A stretch of DNA of 64,000 nt from Candidatus Moraniibacteriota bacterium (GTDB lineage: Bacteria; Patescibacteriota; Minisyncoccia; Moranbacterales; GWC2-37-73), in assembly GCA_035390125.1 (NCBI GenBank), contig DAOOTD010000001.1:241936-305935 (forward strand), read 5' to 3'. A program made the position numbers and the translations under genes. The notes beneath the pieces were generated by a model that saw nothing but the letters and a program-made list of their open reading frames with translations, made no database searches and was not told the origin of the DNA. Below are positions 48,027-58,305 of the stretch, piece by piece (the stretch's first letter is position 1; the number at the start of each line of letters is the position of its first letter).

Positions 48027-49154
48027 CTATTTACTCAGCTGCTCATCAACAATTTTCTTGATATCATCATAACTTGCCAACGAAGTTTCAATATCAGTTC
48101 CTAAGAAAATAGATGGGGTTTCATTGATTCCAAAGCTTTGACCATCATTGGATGACTGGACTAATTTTTCTTGATATTTTTTATCGTTTAGACATTGGTT
48201 AAAATCACTTGTATTTAGACCCAGTTGTGATGCAAATGATTTCATTATTACAGTCGCATCTTTAAGTTTACTCCAGCTCGCCTGTGATGAATAAAGCTTT
48301 TCAGCATAAACCATAAATTTTCCCTGTTCATTAGCACATTCAACAGCTAAGGCAGCACTCAGTGATTGTGTAGATGTTGGCATAAAATAATTCTTAAAAG
48401 AAAATTGAATTTTATCCCCATAATCTTTTATCAATTTAGAAACAACATCTTTAAAGAATTTAGCATCAATTGGATTTGCAAAATCAGAAAATTCAATAAT
48501 TTTTACTTTAGCATCATTTGGACCAATTTTTATATCATTTTCATTGATTGCAGGAGCAATAAGATATTTTCCTATCGGAAATCCAGCTTCTGCGCTTTTG
48601 ATTGCATATGAATCCTCTTTTTTATCGAAAAATGCCTGCGCCTGAGAAAATAAACTTGTTTGTTCAATTTCTTTTGAAAAAATAAAAGCTGGAATTGTTT
48701 TTATTGAGAATTGATTAACGAGTTTCTTCCCCTGCTCAGAAGCAACATCAATTTTTTTAGTAAGTATAGTTGGAATAACTTGCTTAAGCGCCACGAGAAT
48801 TTCATCGGGCTTGCATGCATCACCGCAGGTATCATCATTGAGAACCTGAACTGTTATAACTGGCTCATTGTACGCAACCCATGACTTTCCGTTTGAAGAA
48901 AAAACATCAGTATTGTCCAGTGCACGTTGAGAAAATCCGCCTCCACGTAACAGCTGGACTACATCGACAAACAAACTTCCAACAAACAAACCGCCCAACA
49001 ATATCAAAGCTGAAATAAGATTTTTAATTTTCTTTTCTTTAGACTGCAATAAATCATCTTCCTCTTCTGGCTTTTCTGCCAAAGTTAATGACTCTATCCT
49101 TTCTTGCTCTTCTTTTTCAGATAATGATTTTGAGTCCTTTTTTTCTTCTTCCAT
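48027..49154 (-). CDS. membrane-anchored DsbA-like thioredoxin-fold protein lacking the canonical CxxC (has CGDAC in the N-terminal domain)
   Basis: Acidic N-terminus, one TM, then a DsbA-like domain with IEFSDFANPIDAKF where DsbA has EFSDYQCPFC. The only Cys pair is DDTCGDACKPDE. Confidence 0.5.
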   Translation of the reverse strand: MEEEKKDSKSLSEKEEQERIESLTLAEKPEEEDDLLQSKEKKIKNLISALILLGGLFVGSLFVDVVQLLRGGGFSQRALDNTDVFSSNGKSWVAYNEPVITVQVLNDDTCGDACKPDEILVALKQVIPTILTKKIDVASEQGKKLVNQFSIKTIPAFIFSKEIEQTSLFSQAQAFFDKKEDSYAIKSAEAGFPIGKYLIAPAINENDIKIGPNDAKVKIIEFSDFANPIDAKFFKDVVSKLIKDYGDKIQFSFKNYFMPTSTQSLSAALAVECANEQGKFMVYAEKLYSSQASWSKLKDATVIMKSFASQLGLNTSDFNQCLNDKKYQEKLVQSSNDGQSFGINETPSIFLGTDIETSLASYDDIKKIVDEQLSK

Positions 49155-49177
49155 AATTATGTGTATTTATTAATTAT

Positions 49178-49519
49178 TTATTGTTGCAATTGCTCACTTT
49201 CTGCCTGATTATCAATTTGTTCCTGCTGAGTCTGTTGGGCCGCCTGAATTGCTTCCGCCTGTTGCTGTTCTAAATTTCTTTTCATTGATTCTATATCATA
49301 TGAACTTTTACCTGATGCAATTTTGTAATCACTAAAACCTATCGTTATCTTTTTTACTGCTTCAGTTTTTATAGTAATTCCTATTAAAATTCCAAGGATG
49401 AAAAAAAGCAACATCTCAAAAATAGCTCCGCGTTTCAATTTTTTGCCTGAATCTTCGTAAATTATGGATGATTCTGATTTAGACTCATTCACTTCAATAT
49501 CTTCTATTTCCTTTTTCAT
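49178..49519 (-). CDS. small membrane protein with Gln-rich tail (113 aa)
   Basis: One TM helix. Confidence 0.35.
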   Translation of the reverse strand: MKKEIEDIEVNESKSESSIIYEDSGKKLKRGAIFEMLLFFILGILIGITIKTEAVKKITIGFSDYKIASGKSSYDIESMKRNLEQQQAEAIQAAQQTQQEQIDNQAESEQLQQ

Positions 49520-49562
49520 ATTTATTTTTTAGCATTAATATTTGATTTAAAACTAACATATA

Positions 49563-49592
49563 GAAAAAAAACCCACAACTTGCGGGTTTTTC
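49563..49592 (-). terminator. terminator after ABC permease
   Basis: The minus strand reads AAACCCGCAAGTTGTGGGTTTTTTTT. Confidence 0.5.
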
Positions 49593-49608
49593 TAAATATT
49601 GCATAATT

Positions 49609-50865
49609 TTATTCTTTACGCAAAGCATCCATGGGTGATAACTTTGATGCCTTCCAAGCCGGGTAATAACCAAAGATTATGCCTGTTGCCATTGAAAAGC
49701 CTACTCCAAGTAAAATAGAGTTGAGCGTCAATGAAAGTTGCAAAGAAAAACCAAGTAGAGAAAAAATGTATGAAAAAGCAAGATTTATCAAAAAACCAAG
49801 AATTATTCCAACAATACCGCCAAGAGATGTAAGGATAATAGCTTCAAAGAGAAATTGCCTAAGAATATCTTTCGATTTTGCGCCGACTGCTTTGCGCAGC
49901 CCTATTTCAAAAGTCCTTTCAACTACCGCAACATACATAATATTCATGATTCCAACCCCGCCGACTATAAGAGAGATTGAGGTAAGCGCTAAAAGCAAAA
50001 TCGTAATAACATTAAAAACGTCGTCAATAATTTTCTTTGCTTCCTGCATCGTCATGACTGAAAAATCTTCCTGCTCCGGCTTTGGAGTTCTATGTAATCT
50101 TTTTAAAAGATCTGTAATATCAGAAGCAGTCACATCGATTTTACTGACGTCCTTTACTTTCACCGTTATATATCTCACATAATCAATTCCGAGAATTTTC
50201 TTTTCAAGAGTCTGTACTGGAATATAGATTAATTCGTCATAATTAAAGAATGTTACTGTTCCTCTTTTTCCTAAAACACCAATCACCTTAAAATTTAGGC
50301 CTTTTATTTTTACATCTTTTCCAATAGGACTTTCATTTTTAAAGAGCGCCTCTTTTATATCCTGTCCTATCACAATAACCTGCGCCAAACTATTGTCTTC
50401 ACTTTCAGTATAAAACATGCCTTCGGAAACCTTTGCTCCAGCATCAATTAAGGGATAGTTTGCGCCACTGCCAAAAAGCATTGATCTTTTATTTTCACCT
50501 TTGTAAGAAACTATTTCTTGTCCCATTGTTCCAGCGGCATAACTATCTACGTTGGGAAGTTTTTTTATTTCTTCTCCATCTGAAGTTTTTAGTGTCGTAA
50601 TTTGAACTCCCATAGCCTGACCCATAGCGTTTTCAGAAGATGTCGCTGATGTTGATGGAACTTTTGTTTCAATCTGGATTATATCATTGCCATAGCTATC
50701 AAATTGTCCCATTATGTATTTTTTTACGCCTTCACCACTGGAATTAACCACAATAACCGACATAATTCCGATCACCACTCCAATTAACGTTAAAACAGTT
50801 CGGCCCTTATTATTCCGGAGATTTCGCAAGGCAAGTTTTATTGATAATATAAATCGTTTAAACAT
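49609..50865 (-). CDS. ABC transporter permease, MacB/FtsX-like (periplasmic domain plus 4 TM)
   Basis: MacB periplasmic core and a C-terminal FtsX-type 4-TM bundle. Confidence 0.75.
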   Translation of the reverse strand: MFKRFILSIKLALRNLRNNKGRTVLTLIGVVIGIMSVIVVNSSGEGVKKYIMGQFDSYGNDIIQIETKVPSTSATSSENAMGQAMGVQITTLKTSDGEEIKKLPNVDSYAAGTMGQEIVSYKGENKRSMLFGSGANYPLIDAGAKVSEGMFYTESEDNSLAQVIVIGQDIKEALFKNESPIGKDVKIKGLNFKVIGVLGKRGTVTFFNYDELIYIPVQTLEKKILGIDYVRYITVKVKDVSKIDVTASDITDLLKRLHRTPKPEQEDFSVMTMQEAKKIIDDVFNVITILLLALTSISLIVGGVGIMNIMYVAVVERTFEIGLRKAVGAKSKDILRQFLFEAIILTSLGGIVGIILGFLINLAFSYIFSLLGFSLQLSLTLNSILLGVGFSMATGIIFGYYPAWKASKLSPMDALRKE

Positions 50866-50866
50866 A

Positions 50867-52108
50867 TTATTCGTATCTTAATGCTTCCATAGGCGAAATT
50901 TGCGAAGCTTTGCGGGCAGGATAAATACCAAAAATGATTCCGATCAAAACCGAAATGAATGTTCCTACAATTATCGAGCTTAGCGATATTATGAATTGCC
51001 AAGAATAACCCAGAGCATTAATTACAAGTGAAGCTAAAAATGAGATCAGAATTCCAATTATTATGCCTATTGTTCCTCCAACAAGTGTAATAAAAACCGA
51101 TTCAGACAAAAATTGCGTTATTATATGCCTGGTTCTCGCACCGACTGCTTTTCGAAGTCCGACTTCGCGAATTCTTTGATTTACTGAAATAAGCATAATA
51201 TTCATAATCCCAATCCCCCCAACCAGCAGTGAAATTCCAGCAATACCAGCCAGAAAATATTTCAAAACATTAGTAATTTTGTTTATCATTTCCAGAGCTT
51301 GCGCTGTGTTCCTTACAGAGAAATCGTCATCCGTAGGATTTTTGATATTATGCTTCATTCTGATTGTATATTTCACATCAGCAACTGCCCGATCCATATT
51401 CTCAAAAGAATCTATTTTTACGCGGGCAAAATTTAGATAATTTATTCCCAGTATTATTTTCTGCGCTGTCTGCAGGGGAACATAAATCATTTCATCAACA
51501 TTGGAAAATCCGGAAGATCCTTTTTTCTCAAAAATTCCAATCACGGTAAAATTCGTACCCTTCAAAGAAAAAACTTTTCCAATTGGATCTTCATTTTCAA
51601 AAAGATCTTCGGATTTTTTGGATCCGATAACCGCCACTCGAGCCAGTCCATTATCCTCTTCATTAGTAAAAAATCTTCCGGCTTGCAATTTATTATTCTC
51701 AACATCAATAAACCCGGCAGAAACTCCTTGAAAATTGCTCTGAGTAGAATTGCTTTTATATTCAGCTGTTGCAACTCCGCTAACATATCCAGAAATTGCA
51801 ATTACATTAGGAACATTTTTTTTGAGCATTATTGCTTCAAGATCTGAGGTTTTGAGCGTTGTTGTCACTATGCCAAGCGCAGATGCCGGCGGACCTTTTT
51901 CATCAGAAGCTCCGGGAAGTATGCCGACCAGATTTGTCCCCATTCCATTAACCTGATCAACAATAAGCTGTTGGGCACTGGCACCTATAGCCATGACAAT
52001 AATTACCGATGCAATTCCGATAATTATTCCAAGAATTGTTAAAAACGAGCGGAATTTCGCCGCCATAAGGTTTTTATATGAAATTTTTATAGGCGCAGAA
52101 AATTTCAT
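50867..52108 (-). CDS. ABC transporter permease, MacB/FtsX-like (paralogue)
   Basis: Same architecture. Translationally coupled. Confidence 0.75.
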   Translation of the reverse strand: MKFSAPIKISYKNLMAAKFRSFLTILGIIIGIASVIIVMAIGASAQQLIVDQVNGMGTNLVGILPGASDEKGPPASALGIVTTTLKTSDLEAIMLKKNVPNVIAISGYVSGVATAEYKSNSTQSNFQGVSAGFIDVENNKLQAGRFFTNEEDNGLARVAVIGSKKSEDLFENEDPIGKVFSLKGTNFTVIGIFEKKGSSGFSNVDEMIYVPLQTAQKIILGINYLNFARVKIDSFENMDRAVADVKYTIRMKHNIKNPTDDDFSVRNTAQALEMINKITNVLKYFLAGIAGISLLVGGIGIMNIMLISVNQRIREVGLRKAVGARTRHIITQFLSESVFITLVGGTIGIIIGILISFLASLVINALGYSWQFIISLSSIIVGTFISVLIGIIFGIYPARKASQISPMEALRYE

Positions 52109-52109
52109 A

Positions 52110-52862
52110 TTATTTCAATAATGCTCCTTCTCCATCTGCAATTAATCTGTCTTTTACCGGATCATCAGCTATAATCTGGCCATCTTTTACATAGATAATG
52201 CGTTTGGCGTGTTTGGCAGTATAAGTTTCGTGGGTAACTAAAATAATAGTATGCCCGGAATTATTTAAATCCTGCAAAATTTTCATAACCGCTATTCCTG
52301 ATTTTGAATCCAAATTTCCAGTCGGCTCATCGGCAAAAATAATTTCCGGATCATTAACTAAAGCCCTGGCAATGGCAACACGTTGTTTTTCTCCACCAGA
52401 AAGTTGATTGGATAAATATTTTATCCTATGTTCCATGCCCACAGATTTAAGGGCTTTTTCTACTTTTCCTCTGTTATGTGTTTCAATATGCTCTTCATCA
52501 TAAAGAAGCGGCAGTTCAGTATTTTCATAGACTGTCGTCCTCGGCAAAAGATTAAAAGATTGAAATACAAATCCGATTTTTTTATTGCGCAATTTCGCTA
52601 ATTCATCGTCTGTATAATCATTGATATTTTTACCTTCAAAAAGATAAGTTCCGTCAGTTGCGCGATCAAGCATCCCGAGAATCTGCATCAATGTAGATTT
52701 CCCTGATCCTGAAGGACCCATAATGGAAACGAATTCGCCTTTTTCAATGCTAAAAGTCATCCCACACATAGCTTTGGTTTTCACGCCTTCGTTTTCGTAT
52801 GTTTTGCAAAGGTTTTCAACTTTGATTAGGGATGTTGACATTTTGATTATTTTGTAGCACAA
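52110..52862 (-). CDS. ABC transporter ATP-binding protein (MacB/LolD-type)
   Basis: GPSGSGKST; [15 protein letters not shown]. The probable start is [11 protein letters not shown]. Confidence 0.85.
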   Translation of the reverse strand: MCYKIIKMSTSLIKVENLCKTYENEGVKTKAMCGMTFSIEKGEFVSIMGPSGSGKSTLMQILGMLDRATDGTYLFEGKNINDYTDDELAKLRNKKIGFVFQSFNLLPRTTVYENTELPLLYDEEHIETHNRGKVEKALKSVGMEHRIKYLSNQLSGGEKQRVAIARALVNDPEIIFADEPTGNLDSKSGIAVMKILQDLNNSGHTIILVTHETYTAKHAKRIIYVKDGQIIADDPVKDRLIADGEGALLK

Positions 52863-52932
52863 TTAAGCATTAGCATAAATACTTTAAAAAAATAATTTAA
52901 CGGCTCAATGAAGCCAGAGGAGGATAGAAATT

Positions 52933-53130
52933 ATGAAAGCTATGCTATTCGGAAAGTTAAGACCCGGAGATAAATTTATTTTATCAGAAGATTCAAATGT
53001 ATTTCTTACAAAATTATATATCTCTGAAAAAAAATCTTCAAAAGGGAAAGAGCAACCATTCACAGCTAAATTTATAAGAAGCGGATCGCCTGCTAGGATT
53101 CCTGAAGATGAAGAAGTTTTTAAGATATAA
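52933..53130 (+). CDS. small hypothetical protein (65 aa), convergent to the efflux operon
   Basis: GGAGG RBS 8 nt upstream of the ATG. A plus-strand hairpin terminator lies 25 nt downstream. Confidence 0.5.
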   Translation: MKAMLFGKLRPGDKFILSEDSNVFLTKLYISEKKSSKGKEQPFTAKFIRSGSPARIPEDEEVFKI

Positions 53131-53154
53131 TAAATCTTACAAATTAACAGCAAT

Positions 53155-53193
53155 GAAGCCCCGATATTAAAAATATTGCGGGCTTTTATTTTG
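53155..53193 (+). terminator. terminator after the 65-aa gene
   Basis: GAAGCCCCG...CGGGCTT followed by TTTATTTT. Confidence 0.5.
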
Positions 53194-54208
53194 TCGTCAC
53201 AAATGTCACGACTTTTTCTCCACCTTTAAGTCCTGAGGTTATCTCCACTATCCCTTCATCACCTTCTAAACCTGTTTCGACAAAAACTTTTTTGGTCGTA
53301 TTGTCAATTTCTTGCAAAACATCTACATATTTTTTATTTCCTTCTGTCTTGATAGCACGCTGTGGAACCATAAGCACGTTATCTTTTTGGTTTGTATGCA
53401 CATCAATATTGGCGCTCATGCCAGCCTTAAGACGCGAATCGAGATTATCCAATTTAAGTTTTATCCTGTAATAAACAACATCTTGAATAACTGTTGAAGC
53501 TGGATCAATTTGGCTAATTGTAGCATTGAAAATTTCTTCTGAAGAGAAAGCGTCAAATGTGACTTCGGCCTTCTGCCCAATTTGGATTTTGATTATATCA
53601 GATTCGGGGACATTAGCCTGTATTAGCAAGTCTTCTTTTTGAGCTATAGTTATAACCGGACTATTAAGACTTAAAACTACAGTTTCTCCCGGATCAGCTG
53701 TTCTTCTGATTACGATTCCGTCAATTGGAGAAATCATTCTGACATCCCTAAGCTGATCTCTGATAGCATTGACGCCTTCCTGAGCTTGAGTTACTTGCGC
53801 CTTTTGGGCTCTCTTCTGCTCAGAAGAATAGGCATCATCATTTTCATCATCCTTATCTCTAATATCATCCAAAATTTCTTCCTGATATTTAACTTGCGCT
53901 TCTGCCTGGCGAAGCTGCGAAAGTAAACTGCCTGTATCAATAATTGCTAAAATCTGACCTTTTTTAACAGTATCGCCAACATCTACACTTATGCTTTTTA
54001 AAATACCAGTGGTCTTGAAAGTTAGGTCAATTTGTTCATTCGGATTTACCTTGCCTGTCACAGAAACTGTCTGTGACAATGTCCCTTTTTCAACATCGGC
54101 TGTGGTATAGGTTGTTTTAGGCTGGCGGCTTTTGATATACAAAAAAACACTGCCAACAATTGCAGCTATAATAATAATCCAAACTACCCATTTACGTGCC
54201 TTAGCCAT
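53186..54208 (-). CDS. periplasmic adaptor (membrane fusion protein, HlyD/MacA family)
   Basis: N-terminal TM, coiled-coil hairpin, beta-barrel and lipoyl-like domains. Confidence 0.75.
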   Translation of the reverse strand: MAKARKWVVWIIIIAAIVGSVFLYIKSRQPKTTYTTADVEKGTLSQTVSVTGKVNPNEQIDLTFKTTGILKSISVDVGDTVKKGQILAIIDTGSLLSQLRQAEAQVKYQEEILDDIRDKDDENDDAYSSEQKRAQKAQVTQAQEGVNAIRDQLRDVRMISPIDGIVIRRTADPGETVVLSLNSPVITIAQKEDLLIQANVPESDIIKIQIGQKAEVTFDAFSSEEIFNATISQIDPASTVIQDVVYYRIKLKLDNLDSRLKAGMSANIDVHTNQKDNVLMVPQRAIKTEGNKKYVDVLQEIDNTTKKVFVETGLEGDEGIVEITSGLKGGEKVVTFVTTK

Positions 54209-54229
54209 AAGATTTTTTGTTTTTTATAT

Positions 54230-54661
54230 TTATAATAAAGTGTTCTGCCTACTTTGAGCGTCTAGTGCTTCATTTACCAATGCATCGGCAATTTTGTTTT
54301 TCTCCCTGTAAATATGGTTAAAATTCACACTTTTAAAATCTAATATTAGATTCCAAACTTCCAGAAACAATTCCTGAATATTTTTTTCTTTAACTTTATA
54401 TTCATGTTTCAACTGCTTAGTAACAAATTCACTATCCAGATAGCATTCAACTAAATAATCCTTGGCCTTATTCTTGCCGATCAGTTGCTTGATTTTTTTC
54501 AAACCAAAAATTACCGCTTCATATTCGGCTTCATTGTTGGTTTTTTCCCCAATATAATGCCCGTATTGCTTATGCAGGGTTTCAATGTAAACGCCGATGG
54601 CCGCTGGTCCGGGGTTATTTCTTGATCCGCCGTCGGTATACATTACTATCTTCTGTTCCAT
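54230..54661 (-). CDS. rnhA: ribonuclease HI
   Basis: YTDGGSRNNPGPAAIGV...NNEAEYEAVI...DS (DEDD catalytic residues). Confidence 0.8.
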   Translation of the reverse strand: MEQKIVMYTDGGSRNNPGPAAIGVYIETLHKQYGHYIGEKTNNEAEYEAVIFGLKKIKQLIGKNKAKDYLVECYLDSEFVTKQLKHEYKVKEKNIQELFLEVWNLILDFKSVNFNHIYREKNKIADALVNEALDAQSRQNTLL

Positions 54662-54741
54662 AATAAAAATCGCATATTAGAAATTCCTTCCTAAATGTTA
54701 ACATTTTATGGATAAATTCGCAATTAGCTTCTAGACTTAAT

Positions 54742-55563
54742 TTATATCAATCTGGCGGTCAGATATCCTATCCCCATGGGGCTTTCATAGCTCAAAAGCT
54801 TTATTTTATATTCTTTGCCGTGCAAAGCTCCGAAAAGTATCATAAAAGATCTTATTCCGCATTCAGCTACTTCGGACACAAGCGGATTTTTTAAGTCCAT
54901 AATACCTTTAATGTTATTTTCTTTCAGATAACGAAGCATTAACCGATCAAATTCTTTGGCTTTTGGCGAAAAACCAACAGGAGATTTTGGTGAAAGTTTG
55001 TGCGATAAATCGCCACTGGCAATAATGGCAACGCGCTTCTCAGTATTCTCATCTATTATTTTCTGCAATATCTGCCCGTAACGATAATGAAAATCATAGT
55101 CCATAAAAGAGAAGGATAAATGAACGATTTTAGGTTTTATTTTTTTCAAAAGATGGTAAAGCGGAATCAAAGCGCCATAATCCAGTGGATTTTTCCTAAG
55201 TTCCGCAGGAAACTCTCTTATAAAGCAAGCCGAGAAAAGCTCGTCAGCAATTTGCAAGTCATTGTTAAAAGTGAATGATTTTTTAATTCCAAACTGCTCA
55301 AAATCGCCAGCTAATTTTCTGGCATAATTTATAACAAAGAAATATTGTTCCAGATGAGCATGCGGGGAAATTATAACAACAACATCAGGATCCGCTTTTT
55401 CCAATCCTGTCCTTAGTTGATCAAAAGCCTGGAGAGTTTTCTTTATAGTCCTTGAATTTCCTTTTTTTCCTATACCAGGCACACTCTCCGGCGGATGAGG
55501 CATTATAGCTGCGAATACTATCATACAATTAATCTTAATAATAAAATACGTAGTATAATACAA
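54742..55563 (-). CDS. class III extradiol dioxygenase-like / Memo-LigB family protein
   Basis: AAIMPHPP...VVIISPHAH...ASGDLSHK. Family call is tentative. Confidence 0.4.
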   Translation of the reverse strand: MYYTTYFIIKINCMIVFAAIMPHPPESVPGIGKKGNSRTIKKTLQAFDQLRTGLEKADPDVVVIISPHAHLEQYFFVINYARKLAGDFEQFGIKKSFTFNNDLQIADELFSACFIREFPAELRKNPLDYGALIPLYHLLKKIKPKIVHLSFSFMDYDFHYRYGQILQKIIDENTEKRVAIIASGDLSHKLSPKSPVGFSPKAKEFDRLMLRYLKENNIKGIMDLKNPLVSEVAECGIRSFMILFGALHGKEYKIKLLSYESPMGIGYLTARLI

Positions 55564-55586
55564 GTTAATGCCTTTTTTCTTTTATT

Positions 55587-56039
55587 TTAACCTCTTATTT
55601 TTTGCGCTAATTCAGTTAATTGTTTATCATCGGCACGTTTATAATCATGTGAAGAAATGTAACCTTCATATTTTTCAAAATATTTATCCACGTTAGAATG
55701 GACAGGTTCCCATTTTTCAATCTTTGTTCCATGCATGGGAAAAAGTTTGGCATGTAAATGGTCAACTCCGAAACCTTCAAAAATCATTCCCGTCCTGCCT
55801 ACATCTTCAAGTTTTTCATCCAGAATTTTTCCAACTTTTTTAGCAGCTATGACTAATTCCTTTAAAACATCTTCCGGTGCATCAAAAGCATAACTTGAAT
55901 AATGTTCTTTTGGTATAACAACAGTGAAACCTTCCGTGTTCGGAAAAATTGTAAGAAAAGCTATATGCCTTTCATCTTCCCAGATTTTATGACTGGGTAT
56001 TTCGTCTTTAATAATTTTGCAAAAAACACAGTCTTTCAT
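55587..56039 (-). CDS. HIT-family nucleotide hydrolase
   Basis: CVFCKII...GFTVVIPKEH...VDHLHAKLFP (histidine triad). Confidence 0.75.
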   Translation of the reverse strand: MKDCVFCKIIKDEIPSHKIWEDERHIAFLTIFPNTEGFTVVIPKEHYSSYAFDAPEDVLKELVIAAKKVGKILDEKLEDVGRTGMIFEGFGVDHLHAKLFPMHGTKIEKWEPVHSNVDKYFEKYEGYISSHDYKRADDKQLTELAQKIRG

Positions 56040-56165
56040 AGATTTTTTCTTTTAATTTTTATAAAATATTTTAAACTAATTTAACACTCTTAAAAGTAAA
56101 TATTATTAAAAGAGATTGGATTTATATTTAAATTCAACCTCTTTTTATGTATTTTTGCAAGGGTA

Positions 56166-56726
56166 TTAAAGAATAAAAACTGCTGCCGCAATTACAGTTG
56201 TGTATTCTTCTTTTTTATTTCCTTGCGCCGTTTGCGCAATTGACCGGCTCTTGAAAATCTTACCAGAAGCCTTATACACCTCCTCTCTTTCGCTCCAAGC
56301 CTGTTCTGGATCAAATTCTATCCCCAAGGTACTTGCGAGCATTGTTGCAGCTAAGTCTTCAGCAATATCAGAAATTTCTTTCTCATTTTTGCCGAAGCAA
56401 TGATGCTCTGACAAATATCCATACATTTTTTTCTTATCTGCTGGAATAGCCAGCCCTACAGCCGAACCTACTAAGCGGCTTGTTTCACTAGTAGCATTTC
56501 TTGCCATAACGCAATAGGTTATTTGTCCAGGCCTCAGCAATTTCAAACCTTCTTTTTTTGTTATGATTTTGCAAGAAGGAGGTAAAATGCTCGACACTTG
56601 GACTAAATTGCATTTCTCAATGCCAGCCTTTCTAAGCGCCAGTTCAAAAGAAGAGAGCTCATGCTTATGCTCTCCCACCCCTCTGGTAAAAAAAACTTTC
56701 TTAGGAACCACTTTGTCACCTCCCAA
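56166..56726 (-). CDS. pdaD: pyruvoyl-dependent arginine decarboxylase
   Basis: FFTRGVGEH...[10 protein letters not shown]...[11 protein letters not shown] (Ser-Ser self-cleavage site)...LAIPADKK. Confidence 0.7.
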   Translation of the reverse strand: MGGDKVVPKKVFFTRGVGEHKHELSSFELALRKAGIEKCNLVQVSSILPPSCKIITKKEGLKLLRPGQITYCVMARNATSETSRLVGSAVGLAIPADKKKMYGYLSEHHCFGKNEKEISDIAEDLAATMLASTLGIEFDPEQAWSEREEVYKASGKIFKSRSIAQTAQGNKKEEYTTVIAAAVFIL

Positions 56727-56839
56727 TTTTTTAATTTTTTATTTTAAAACTAGTTAATTATAACAAGAAATGCAGATTTGCAAATAAAAAAGCAGATGAG
56801 TTATCCACTTTTTCTAAAAATAAATTTTTCAGCTGTTTA

Positions 56840-58228
56840 TTATAAGTTTTTTTGGAAATAATCCTGCAGTTCTGAAATTTTAATCCTTTCCTGTTTCATA
56901 GTGTCGCGATCGCGGACTGTCACTGCCTCATCTTCCAGTGATTCAAAATCAACAGTCACACAATACGGAGTTCCGATTTCATCCTGCCTTCTATACCTCT
57001 TTCCCACATTTCCATTATCATCAAATTCGCACATGAATTCTTTTCTTAATTCATTATAAATATTTTTGGCTTTCTCAACTAATTCAGGTTTATTCTTCAT
57101 TAGCGGGAAAATTGCAATTTTGATCGGAGCAAGCCTCTTGTCTAATTTCAAAACAACTCTCTGCTCACCATTAACTTCTTCCTCCGTGTAAGCCTTATCT
57201 ACAAACATCAAAAAAATTCTGTTAAGCCCTGCTGACGTCTCCATAATGTGAGGAATATATTTTTCTTTTGTTTTTTCATCAAGATAACTCAGATCAACTC
57301 CTGAAAATTTTGAATGCTGAGAAAGATCCCAATTACCACGAGCATGAATTCCTTCAACTTCCTTGAAACCTCCAAGTGACTTGAAATTATACTCAATGTC
57401 ATATGCTTCTGATGCATAGTGTGCTAATTTTTCATGTTTATGCCATTTAATATCTTCCTTTTTCATTCCGTATTCTAAATACCAATCCCAACGCAATTTT
57501 TTCCACATTTCATATTTTTCTTTCATATCATTTGGGTGCAGAAAATATTGCATTTCCATCTGCTCAAATTCACGAGTGCGGAAAATGAACTGGCGAGCAA
57601 CAATTTCATTCCTGAAGGCTTTGCCAATTTGCGCTATTCCAAAAGGAATCTTAGCACGTGTTGAATCCAAAATATTTTTATAATTCAAGTATATTCCTCC
57701 ACAAGTTTCCGGTCTGAGATAAACTACATTTTCTTCACTAAGAGCTTCCGTCGGCGAGCCTAAATTTGATTTCACCATCAATGAAAACCTTTTAGCTTCA
57801 GTAATTTCAGTTGAGCTGCAATTTTGGCATTTTAATTTTTTCTGCTCTCTGAGTTTATTAAGTTCTGCATTAATAAATTCCAAAGATTCTTTGTCAGCAT
57901 TTATTCCGAAGCTTTCCAAAATCTGATCGGCACGCATGCGGTTTTTGCATTTCTTACAGTCGATTTGTGGATCATCAAAACTGTCCACATGCCCTGAAGC
58001 TTTCCAGGTCATCGGGTGCATAAATATGGCGCTATCCAATCCTACGACATCATCCTGAAGCTGAACCATATGCTTCCACCAAGCATCGCGAATATTATTT
58101 TTGAGAAGTGTTCCATAATGGCCATAATCATATACTGCCGCAAAACCACCATAAATTTCAGAAGATGGAAATACAAATCCCCTTCTTTTACAAAGTGAAA
58201 CTATTTTATCCATTGAATTATCCGACAT
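56840..58228 (-). CDS. glyQS: glycine--tRNA ligase (dimeric class II, GlyQS type)
   Basis: N-terminal RRGF(V/I)FPSSEIYGG and class II motifs. Confidence 0.9.
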   Translation of the reverse strand: MSDNSMDKIVSLCKRRGFVFPSSEIYGGFAAVYDYGHYGTLLKNNIRDAWWKHMVQLQDDVVGLDSAIFMHPMTWKASGHVDSFDDPQIDCKKCKNRMRADQILESFGINADKESLEFINAELNKLREQKKLKCQNCSSTEITEAKRFSLMVKSNLGSPTEALSEENVVYLRPETCGGIYLNYKNILDSTRAKIPFGIAQIGKAFRNEIVARQFIFRTREFEQMEMQYFLHPNDMKEKYEMWKKLRWDWYLEYGMKKEDIKWHKHEKLAHYASEAYDIEYNFKSLGGFKEVEGIHARGNWDLSQHSKFSGVDLSYLDEKTKEKYIPHIMETSAGLNRIFLMFVDKAYTEEEVNGEQRVVLKLDKRLAPIKIAIFPLMKNKPELVEKAKNIYNELRKEFMCEFDDNGNVGKRYRRQDEIGTPYCVTVDFESLEDEAVTVRDRDTMKQERIKISELQDYFQKNL

Positions 58229-58305
58229 ATTTATATTATCTTAGCTTTATTTATAATGTATTTATACTATTTTTTCTGATAAAAAACAAGCTGAGATTAT
58301 GTTTC

